This document shows positions 56,891 through 64,000 of a stretch of DNA of 64,000 bases, one piece after another. Position 1 is the first letter of the stretch. Each line of letters opens with the position of its first letter. Under the pieces are notes generated by a model that was not told the origin of the DNA, made no database searches, and saw only the letters and a list, made by a program, of their open reading frames with translations. The DNA lies in assembly GCA_037200965.1 (NCBI GenBank), contig JBBCGK010000001.1, positions 576,001 to 640,000 of the forward strand, given 5' to 3'. The stretch comes from a bacterium (GTDB lineage: Bacteria; Patescibacteriota; Minisyncoccia; Phycocordibacterales; Phycocordibacteraceae). The translations under genes and the position numbers were made by a program.

Positions 56891-56991
56891 GATTAGAGAG
56901 GATACTGGAATCGAACCATTCTCTCAGAAAGCACAGTAAGCTGAGCTAACACAATTTCGGTATAAGAATATAGCCCCTACACTCTCTTATC

Positions 56992-57504
56992 TTGGTTCCA
57001 ACAGCGTCTACGAGCTCGCGCACTCTGGACGATAGTGGAACTGCTATAGTTCCTGATATGGAAATTCCACAGATTAAGATGATTTACGCTTATCCGTTAG
57101 ACGAGGACAGGCGACGGTTTTTCTCTCAACAAAACTTAGGCCGGTATCCCTCCGTTGAAGAGGTCAGGGATACGACTTCTCACTGGAGAAATGTATGGAA
57201 TGAAACCAATAGAGACAACAGGATCGTCTTAACGTTACAAGAGTTAACGAAGAGAGTGCCAACGCGGAGCTTAGAGTGTTTCATTATCGGAGGAGGCATT
57301 AAAGCCATGTCTACCCCCTTCATTATTTCAGTCAGAAAAAGAAATGGGGAAGAGCGCTCAGATCAAGACTTCATCGAGACGCTAATTCACGAAGCAGCGC
57401 ATATTTTCGTATCAGACGTTCCGGCCTACTTCGACTCTCTTCGCGAGAAATATTCCGGGAGCCGCTATCTGCCCGGAATCATATACTCATTTACGCGCTA
57501 TTAG
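56992..57504 (+). CDS. hypothetical protein with HExxH motif (LIHEAAHIF), putative small metallopeptidase
   Basis: 170-aa ORF. The start is uncertain. Confidence 0.4.
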   Translation: MVPTASTSSRTLDDSGTAIVPDMEIPQIKMIYAYPLDEDRRRFFSQQNLGRYPSVEEVRDTTSHWRNVWNETNRDNRIVLTLQELTKRVPTRSLECFIIGGGIKAMSTPFIISVRKRNGEERSDQDFIETLIHEAAHIFVSDVPAYFDSLREKYSGSRYLPGIIYSFTRY

Positions 57505-57793
57505 AGAAACTATACTTAGACCTATTTAATTCTCGCCCAAGTGACTTTGCTAACAGTGACCTGCCGGACAGTTATATCCGAGCGATAGAAATCGTTAAGC
57601 AAGAGGGTTACGAAAAGCTGATTGAAGAATACCAGTCCTTCGTGTAGTAGTTCCGAGGTTGTCCGTAAGGTCGCGACCCTCCCATCTGTTTCACAAATAT
57701 GCCCGAATCTTCCCCGCATTCCCCTCGAAATCCATTTTGTCCCCTTCCGCTTGGCCTGGGAATATCCAGATATTCAATCGGTGGCAACGCGGT

Positions 57794-57848
57794 AGTAGCG
57801 TATCTTGCATGGGAAACGCTTCCGGGGACTGAGGCGCTGGAATCCTAG
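57794..57848 (+). repeat. degenerate duplicate of the pgk 3' terminus (would encode ..AYLAWETLPGTEALES*), direct repeat of 55805-55856
   Basis: CGTATCTTGC...ACGCTTCCGGGGA[T/C]TGAGGCGCTGG is shared with the pgk end (25 bp with 1 mismatch inside a ~45-bp ~85% match). Confidence 0.6.
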
Positions 57849-58615
57849 AGAGCCTTCCACATAAAGGCATGCATATTTTTAAACAGATTAGCGATATCCT
57901 TGTTTTCGATAACAACCGCAGATAAGTCCCGGAGACTTATAAGCGCGACCTTTTCGTTGAAAACAAGAACGTCGACATTGGACGTAAACCATTCGGGGAG
58001 CCGTTTGTCTGATTTATTTTCATATCCGTTCTTCTCGCGCAGAGCTCGCAGTTTTTTGTAGGTTTTAGCGCTTGCGATAAACAAATCCTTCGCCTTAAAC
58101 GCGTGATCGCTATTTGTCTTGTCGAAATCGCCGTATTCTGCTTCGGTGAAGTTTTCGAAGAAAATATCGGCGGGGAAGATGGAATACGTATCGCCGAGCG
58201 TTTTAAACAGTTCCTCGTAAATATTCTTGATCGCACGCTTTCCTTCGAAGAAGCCGACCTTGGGCTTGTTCGTCGCGCGTTCATATATCTTGCTCATGAC
58301 GGCGGCAGTCGAGTCGAATGCTAGAAGCTCCTTCCTAAGATTTGCGGCGACGGTCTTCGGATCGACTGCCGCGTACAGCGTGCGCTTGCCGATAGGTATC
58401 CGAGTAATGAAACCCTTTTTGAGCAGAAGATCCAGATATTCGTAGCAGGTAGCGCGCCGCACGTCCGCTTGGCGGACTATATCCGCGACTCCCATGCGGC
58501 TTTTCCCGAGAAGCGACACGTAAATCACCGCAGCCTTATCCGGCAAACCGATTCGTTCCAACTCCTTTATGAACGGGATATGTTCCATAAGTTCATATAA
58601 GCTGACTTGGAACAA
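57845..58615 (-). CDS. TrmB-family transcriptional regulator
   Basis: Sequence IGLPDKAAVIYVSLLGKSRMGVADIVRQADVRRATCYEYLDLLLKKGFI. Confidence 0.7.
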   Translation of the reverse strand: MFQVSLYELMEHIPFIKELERIGLPDKAAVIYVSLLGKSRMGVADIVRQADVRRATCYEYLDLLLKKGFITRIPIGKRTLYAAVDPKTVAANLRKELLAFDSTAAVMSKIYERATNKPKVGFFEGKRAIKNIYEELFKTLGDTYSIFPADIFFENFTEAEYGDFDKTNSDHAFKAKDLFIASAKTYKKLRALREKNGYENKSDKRLPEWFTSNVDVLVFNEKVALISLRDLSAVVIENKDIANLFKNMHAFMWKAL

Positions 58616-58720
58616 ATGTCAACGAAAGCGACATATTTTACCAGTACCCTCTAAACCACCCTTCACTTTATAAGTCTATTAATAAATATAAGCGTTATTC
58701 CAGACACAAGTACCCATTTA

Positions 58721-59245
58721 TTGAATACTGGGCGGGCTGGTATGGCGCTAAAATCAAAGACAACTCTGCAAACCAAACGCGGCATTTTCGAAGTCGGATA
58801 TTACGTTGTAGACGGGAATCCTTATGTTTCTTTCCGCTACGGGGATGTTTCCCAGGGCAGACCAATAGTGCGATTACAGTCGGCTTGCCTTTTCGGGGAG
58901 GCTTTCGGTTCGCTTGAGTGCGAGTGTGGCGCGCAACTTGCCAAGGCTCTGGACGCCATTGTTAGCCGCGGGGCGGGTCTTGTGCTCTATGCCTATGCGG
59001 AAGGTCGTGGCGCAGGGCTTGAGAAAAAGATAGAAGCTATGGAGATTCAAAGGACGACCGGATGCAATACAGTCGAAGCTTTTGACTCGCTTGGTCTTGA
59101 GAAGTCCGACTACCGGGATTATCAGGCTGAGGTGAACATCCTCACCGAGTTAGGCACAAGCCTCCATATCTGCTTGTTTTCGAAAAATCCAGCTCGATAT
59201 CAAGCGCTCAAAGACGCAGGCTTCGATGTAGATCCATATGAGTAG
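58721..59245 (+). CDS. GTP cyclohydrolase II (RibA)-family protein
   Basis: Motifs RLQSACLFGEAFGSLECECGAQLAKAL (zinc Cys triad) and EGRGAGLEKKIEA...NTVEAFDSLGLEKSDYRDY. The start may be the internal MALKSK. Confidence 0.75.
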   Translation: MNTGRAGMALKSKTTLQTKRGIFEVGYYVVDGNPYVSFRYGDVSQGRPIVRLQSACLFGEAFGSLECECGAQLAKALDAIVSRGAGLVLYAYAEGRGAGLEKKIEAMEIQRTTGCNTVEAFDSLGLEKSDYRDYQAEVNILTELGTSLHICLFSKNPARYQALKDAGFDVDPYE

Positions 59246-60140
59246 CTCGTCTGAGCTTATGTATCGTTGGCTTCGCGTATCTCCTACCGGAGACGGATAT
59301 ATCGAGCCCGATTATTACGATCAGCTTCTCAGAAAGTATATCTTTGATGGTAAAGAGGATACCGAGTACTTCCGAGAACATCTTGCAAAAGCACCTTCTC
59401 ATTCAGCATTTCTTGAGCTTGGCCCCGGGACCGGACGAGCGACAAATATACTATTCGCATCGGTTCCGGACATACATTCGCTTACGCTCGTTGATTTAAG
59501 CAGCCGTATGCTTAGTAGCTGCAAACAAGTTTTCACCCGCAAAGAATGCATTTCTTATGTCGTTTCCGATTCCATAGATTTCCTGTTGTCAGTGCAGTCG
59601 TCGTACGACTATATCTATAGCCTGTGGAGTCTTTCTCACTCCATACACAAGAATCTTGAAGACTTGGGAAAAGAAGACGGAAAAGCAAAAGTACGAGAGG
59701 CGCTCTTAAAAATGGTACGGGAGAATCTCAACCGGAACGGCTCTTTATTCCTGATACATTTCGATTCTTCCTCTCCCGAGCAGGAAATATCTATTCGGCA
59801 AAGGCGGCGCGATTCCCGTGACCGGAAATTGTTTGCAGATGTCTCCAAACAAAGTCCCTCTAAGGAAATACTCGACGAGTGCCTTGAAGAATTAAGGCGC
59901 TCGGGTGAGATCTGTTTTGAATGTGAGAGGCATGTAGGTACAGCGCTCGAATTCAGTTCGCTCGACGAAGCGCTCGAGTATTATCTTAATTTCCATATGG
60001 CTTCGTATTTCAATACCTCAAGTTCGATCGACGACATCTTGAAGGAGCTTTCTCAGGATTTACTGGAACACCAAGGGAGTGATGGAAAGATACGGATCGT
60101 TCCCGGTTGCTTCATCTACAAAGCAAGTAAGCCTGGTTAA
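59238..60140 (+). CDS. class I SAM-dependent methyltransferase
   Basis: Motif LELGPGTGRAT. Overlaps the upstream gene by 8 nt (ATGAGTAG). Confidence 0.6.
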   Translation: MSSSSELMYRWLRVSPTGDGYIEPDYYDQLLRKYIFDGKEDTEYFREHLAKAPSHSAFLELGPGTGRATNILFASVPDIHSLTLVDLSSRMLSSCKQVFTRKECISYVVSDSIDFLLSVQSSYDYIYSLWSLSHSIHKNLEDLGKEDGKAKVREALLKMVRENLNRNGSLFLIHFDSSSPEQEISIRQRRRDSRDRKLFADVSKQSPSKEILDECLEELRRSGEICFECERHVGTALEFSSLDEALEYYLNFHMASYFNTSSSIDDILKELSQDLLEHQGSDGKIRIVPGCFIYKASKPG

Positions 60141-60176
60141 ATGTTGGTTGCCAGAAAGCTCCCTATATAAAAATCA

Positions 60177-60998
60177 CTAAGATACTTGGCTATTCATCAG
60201 ATCGCGCAAAAGCTCGTTCGCATCTATAAGCTGCGAATGCTCCTGCATAAATTCAAAGGCGGAAAGAATCATTTTTTGTATCTCCGAGTTCTTGACTTCG
60301 ACAATCAATCCTTCGCTTAAGGAGAAGAGATATAAGGAATCCTTAAATATCCAGCACTGGCCGCCATGCCTGAAGTACTTTGGATCAATAACATTGACTC
60401 TCGCGGTGCGTCCTTCGAAATCTTTCACCCATTGTATTCCTAGAGAACGCGCTTGTTCCTCAAGCCACCCGATTGGCAAGACAGCTTCGGTAATCGTACG
60501 GCCCTTCTTTATATCGCGGTTTATTCGGTTTGTTTCGGAAACGGTGAACAGGGTATTCCAACTCTTGGTCGCGCGGTCACCTTGGAAGCCCCAGAAGAAC
60601 CGTTGGTTCTTGTTCGCTTCAAAGAGCTCAAGCATGACCTTCCTAATTGCTTCTTTTCCCCGATAGATACATACCGTTGAGTCAGCGCGACCGTGAACCT
60701 GTTGGTTTCCTTCGGGTATTTGCAGCAAGAAACGCTTGAAATCGTATAGTGCCTGATCAATAGTATCTCCGCTATGCAATTGCCACCGCTTGCGTCCTTT
60801 GGCGATGCGCGAAACGGCCAGCCCTCGTTTATGCAGATTCGCCAAAATCGCATAAATGGCAGAGCGGGAGATTCCCGTCTGGCGAGTCAGCTTTAAGGGC
60901 GTATCCGCACCGTCGCGAAGCGCCAAGAGAATCTTCCTTTCCTTGATTGAGAGGCCGAGTATTCGCAGATCATCGTGAAGTGCCATACGGCAAAACAT
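60177..60998 (-). CDS. TrmB-like transcriptional regulator
   Basis: Sequence LGLSIKERKILLALRDGADTPLKLTRQTGISRSAIYAILANLHKRGL. Confidence 0.65.
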   Translation of the reverse strand: MFCRMALHDDLRILGLSIKERKILLALRDGADTPLKLTRQTGISRSAIYAILANLHKRGLAVSRIAKGRKRWQLHSGDTIDQALYDFKRFLLQIPEGNQQVHGRADSTVCIYRGKEAIRKVMLELFEANKNQRFFWGFQGDRATKSWNTLFTVSETNRINRDIKKGRTITEAVLPIGWLEEQARSLGIQWVKDFEGRTARVNVIDPKYFRHGGQCWIFKDSLYLFSLSEGLIVEVKNSEIQKMILSAFEFMQEHSQLIDANELLRDLMNSQVS

Positions 60999-61169
60999 AG
61001 CAAAAGGTATATAACCTGTCCACTTTCTTAGACAGATATATAAAGCATAAAAACCCTTATATACAGCTTATTTCCAGTATTACTCAACTTAGAGAATACC
61101 TTACTATACTGTCAATGTCTTTAGGATCATTCTTATAGAGGGAACTAGAACTTTATATGGGAGACCGCT

Positions 61170-62318
61170 ATGGCTTGCGAAACGAACGAAGTGCCGCAGG
61201 AAGTGACCGCGATCGATCGTTGGATTGACCACGTATTGCACGGAGAAAAGGATACTGCGATTCCAACGTTACTTGGTCGGGAAGTTCCACCTCTTTTGTC
61301 GTGGATAGTGCGGGGCGGATGCGCGATACAGTGCCGCCACTGCATCTTTCCTCACGAAGGCCCGAAAACCTTCGGCGTGCAAACGGGCGAGGAAGCGCTT
61401 CTCGGCATTCTCCGCCAGTTGTCCGGTTCGCGCCACCTCATTCACGAAGGAAGGCAGCTACTTCCGTGGCAGGTACCGATCTTGGCGGCTGCAGGCCGCG
61501 CAGGACACGGAGTATCGCTTATCAATAACGGACAATATGCAGCGCCGAATATGCTGGCGCTATGCGAGCGAGAGGGGCTCGCAATCGACGCGCTTGACGT
61601 GTCGGTCGACGGTACGAAAGATATCCACAATGGACAGCGCGCGAGCAATAATGCCTGGGACATCGCAATGAAAGGGATTGTGCATGCCAAGCACATACTC
61701 AAGACCGATGGCAAACTTACTTCTCTCTTCACGCTCACCACGCTCAATCACGCGCACTTAGCCGAAACGGGAGAGATGCTCACGCAGGTGGTCGATGAAT
61801 GGCACGTGACGACGATGTCGTTACGGCCGGGGATCGAGCACCTGCGGGCAGGCGATCGCGAACTCGCCTTAGCGCTTGAACAATTGCTCGGCGGCAACTT
61901 CGCGAAACCAGTGTTCCTGCGTACCTATTCTCTCGACGATTTTGTCGCTCTGCTTGGAATTCTCGGAAAAGAAACGGCAAATAGGGTTCTCAGGAACGCG
62001 CTGGTGACTTATAACGCCATCGTACTCGATATCGGAATACCCCTGTACTTCTATCCTAAGTCCCTGCAGGTGAATGAAACGTTAGTGATCGACGCGGATG
62101 GGTGGTGGCGTCTGCCGTTTTGCATCCATCACTCGCTTGCGGAACTGCGGGCGGGAGAGGATGAGATGGGCAAGGATATTTCGCATTTCAATGTCGTCCC
62201 GGTACTGCCGTGCGTGGATGTCCCAACTCTCCATGCCAAGGCCGCATCGAGATGGTGGGTCAGTATAGGCCGGGATTGTTTATCGCTTGAGCGCCAGGCG
62301 CTCGAAGCGTTTCTCTAA
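61170..62318 (+). CDS. radical-SAM-like enzyme (CxxxCxxC: GGCAIQCRHCIF) with C-terminal Cys residues
   Basis: N-terminal Cys triad in typical rSAM spacing. Three further Cys near the C-terminus. No other family assignment is possible by eye. Confidence 0.5.
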   Translation: MACETNEVPQEVTAIDRWIDHVLHGEKDTAIPTLLGREVPPLLSWIVRGGCAIQCRHCIFPHEGPKTFGVQTGEEALLGILRQLSGSRHLIHEGRQLLPWQVPILAAAGRAGHGVSLINNGQYAAPNMLALCEREGLAIDALDVSVDGTKDIHNGQRASNNAWDIAMKGIVHAKHILKTDGKLTSLFTLTTLNHAHLAETGEMLTQVVDEWHVTTMSLRPGIEHLRAGDRELALALEQLLGGNFAKPVFLRTYSLDDFVALLGILGKETANRVLRNALVTYNAIVLDIGIPLYFYPKSLQVNETLVIDADGWWRLPFCIHHSLAELRAGEDEMGKDISHFNVVPVLPCVDVPTLHAKAASRWWVSIGRDCLSLERQALEAFL

Positions 62319-62341
62319 CAACCGGAAAGGAGGTGAAAACT

Positions 62342-62461
62342 ATGTCCGGAGCCAATACCGGTTCCGCTGGCGTGGATGCGAAAGCACGTCCGCCAGTGCA
62401 ATCGTCAGGGGCGAATACCGGTTCGACGGGCGTAACGACGCCGCGTTTGCCGCGTAAGTAG
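62342..62461 (+). CDS. 39-aa repeat peptide MSGANTGSAGVDAKARPPVQSSGANTGSTGVTTPRLPRK, candidate RiPP precursor/substrate
   Basis: Strong SD AAGGAGGTGA 8 nt upstream. Begins 24 nt after the rSAM-like stop. Two copies of SGANTGS[AT]GV. A nested hairpin (62472-62515) lies downstream. Confidence 0.4.
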   Translation: MSGANTGSAGVDAKARPPVQSSGANTGSTGVTTPRLPRK

Positions 62462-62738
62462 CCTCGGTGACTACAGAGAGCCCGTTCACGCTTTTGATTC
62501 GCGTGGGCGGGCTCTTCTCTTTTATACACTAAATGTGATTCTCGATGTTTCTTTAGAATCGATCGGTCGCCGTTCGCGTAGCCGAGACGGGTCTAACAAT
62601 CGAACGATAGCGGCGCAATGCTCAAGTCTCTTGCGGCTGAATGTTTTCAGCGATTGAAGCATTGAGAGACTAAACAGATTACTCTATTCATAAAGACGCA
62701 TATACCACCTCGTAAAGTCACCCAATACCGCTTTGGTA

Positions 62739-63554
62739 TCAACGACGAATATGAAAATCCTTGGATATACGGCGTTTCCACGCGGCGGCTTTCCCAGGGT
62801 CTTTAGCAATTTTTACCTTTGATGTAACTTCGTGATCTAACTTCTTCAACTTATCCTTGGCGCGCTCAAGGTCGGTTTCCGTTTTAAAGAGAAGTTCGAC
62901 TGCCTTTCGAGCTTTGGGATTAAAACGCACTTCAATCACCCATTCGTGGATTACGGCAATAAACACTTCTTGACGAACTTTCGGCGAGTACGATACCTCA
63001 ACGTTAGAGAATGCGAGCTCCCGGGTTGCGAGCTTGTCGAGCGCCGAAGAGGAGCCGATGAGAAGATAGGCTCTTCTTCCTTTTGCTCCAAGGAGCATAT
63101 CGTGGCTTTTGTCGCTATCGCCACGCAGTACACTCGACCAATTATGCGGATTAAAGAGGTAAAGGTGCTGGCGGTGAGGAACACCCTTTTCAATTACTGA
63201 AAACAGATGGGACCATATCCGATCCATAGCAGTAAGACCATGAATGGTAAGCGTGATCTCTTCTCCGCGTTCAAGCTGACTGAAGTCGCCGAGGATGGAA
63301 CTGTTTTTATATTCGACAAGCTGGCGAAGCTGCTTTAACCAATGTTCGCTTACCGATACGGCAGAACGGTAGACGATAACCTTCTCTTGCGCTCTCAGCT
63401 TTCTAAGCGCCCTATAAAAACCCTGCTTCGTGCAGGCGTGCTTCCTCCTCAGGCCTTTAAGGAGCTCAGTAGTCGTAACCGCTCCTTTTTGAAGTACAAA
63501 AGTAAGGACTGAATCTTCAAGGCGGCTGCCTAACAGTTGCATAGCAGTAAACAA
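62739..63554 (-). CDS. uncharacterised winged-helix regulator-like protein, paralog family X (3 of 3)
   Basis: 271 aa, homologous to 12985..13788 and 26571..27374 (FNPHNWSS, IGSSSALDK). Confidence 0.55.
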   Translation of the reverse strand: MFTAMQLLGSRLEDSVLTFVLQKGAVTTTELLKGLRRKHACTKQGFYRALRKLRAQEKVIVYRSAVSVSEHWLKQLRQLVEYKNSSILGDFSQLERGEEITLTIHGLTAMDRIWSHLFSVIEKGVPHRQHLYLFNPHNWSSVLRGDSDKSHDMLLGAKGRRAYLLIGSSSALDKLATRELAFSNVEVSYSPKVRQEVFIAVIHEWVIEVRFNPKARKAVELLFKTETDLERAKDKLKKLDHEVTSKVKIAKDPGKAAAWKRRISKDFHIRR

Positions 63555-63658
63555 CCCGTTTACTATACACCCATTTTGGCCCAGATGCTTGAGCTTGGCA
63601 AAAGGCGGGTTCTAAATGTACGCGGACGGAAGAACCGTTCTCTTTGGAGGAACGAACT

Positions 63659-64000
63659 ATGTGTTTTTGTGGCTATGATCCGAAAATGGGCGAGAGCGTC
63701 CGGGTGTTTGCTGAGGGGTTGAATCGATCCCTCAGCGCCAAGGCCGAGCGTCTCGGTCTTACCATGTCCGCGCAGATGCAATCGGAAGCGCTCGAGCTGA
63801 ACGCGCTGATCGAACTCCTGAACCAGAAGCTCGCGAACTCGGAAGACTCTCGACGACATGAGCTGGAAGGACTGCTCGGCATCGTGTACCTCATTCGTGC
63901 TCTTATGCAGCCGGAACGAAACGAGATATCCGTTCGCAGCGACTTCGAACTCTCAGTTCGCACGCGGGCAGTTCGACTGGACGAGAGCATGATTCGCTTC
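63659..64000 (+). CDS. hypothetical protein, 5' partial view (continues beyond window)
   Basis: ATG preceded by GGAGGA. The open frame runs to the window end. Confidence 0.3.
   Translation, partial: MCFCGYDPKMGESVRVFAEGLNRSLSAKAERLGLTMSAQMQSEALELNALIELLNQKLANSEDSRRHELEGLLGIVYLIRALMQPERNEISVRSDFELSVRTRAVRLDESMIRF

Noticed and set aside
1-64000. CRISPR arrays and rRNA genes
   Set aside because: No regularly spaced direct repeats with unique spacers and no rRNA-like conserved stretches were seen anywhere in the window.

Overview
This is a 64-kb, fairly GC-rich, gene-dense bacterial chromosomal segment that mixes housekeeping genes with a large accessory/mobile component. I could not see any rRNA genes or CRISPR arrays.

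Housekeeping genes I could recognise: rsmA, a UvrD/PcrA helicase carrying an intein, rpsO, xerC/D-like recombinase, exodeoxyribonuclease III, CCA-adding enzyme, rarA, HU, RNase Y, clpP, ppa, nusA, a GspE/PilB ATPase, tpiA, pgk and four tRNAs.

The many winged-helix (TrmB-like) regulators, a PrgI/TrbL-like secretion operon and RNase Y suggest, by inference only, an uncultivated Patescibacteria/CPR-like or similar small-genome lineage.

Accessory content:
- A secretion/conjugation-like operon (PrgI-like, TrbL/VirB6-like and secreted/membrane proteins) runs off the left edge of the window.
- There are three RelE/ParE-type toxin-antitoxin pairs.
- Two insertion sequences are present. One is IS481-like with intact inverted repeats and a 7-bp target duplication. 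The other is an IS200-like tnpA flanked by GC hairpins.
- A large serine recombinase island sits next to a tRNA-Gly/Pro/Gly cluster. Its far boundary is an ~830-bp noncoding stretch full of short tandem iterons and palindromes.
- A ~2-kb cassette (TA pair, HIT protein, HExxH protein) is inserted at the 3' end of pgk. It is flanked by a duplicated pgk terminus.
- Nine paralogous winged-helix regulators are present: six TrmB-like, and three from an unnamed ~267-aa family. Most are divergently paired with a neighbouring cargo gene.

The most novel candidate is at the right end of the window (about 57.8-63.6 kb), where GC content looks lower. It contains a GTP cyclohydrolase II-like gene overlapping a SAM methyltransferase gene. 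It also contains a radical-SAM-like enzyme followed immediately by a strongly SD-preceded 39-aa peptide gene. The peptide has two copies of SGANTGS[AT]GV and no Cys or aromatic residues, and is followed by a terminator. This looks like an undescribed RiPP-like or modified-peptide locus.

A second radical SAM/SPASM-like gene splits tpiA from pgk. A GHKL-ATPase plus STAS-like two-gene module may be a partner-switching or defence-like system.
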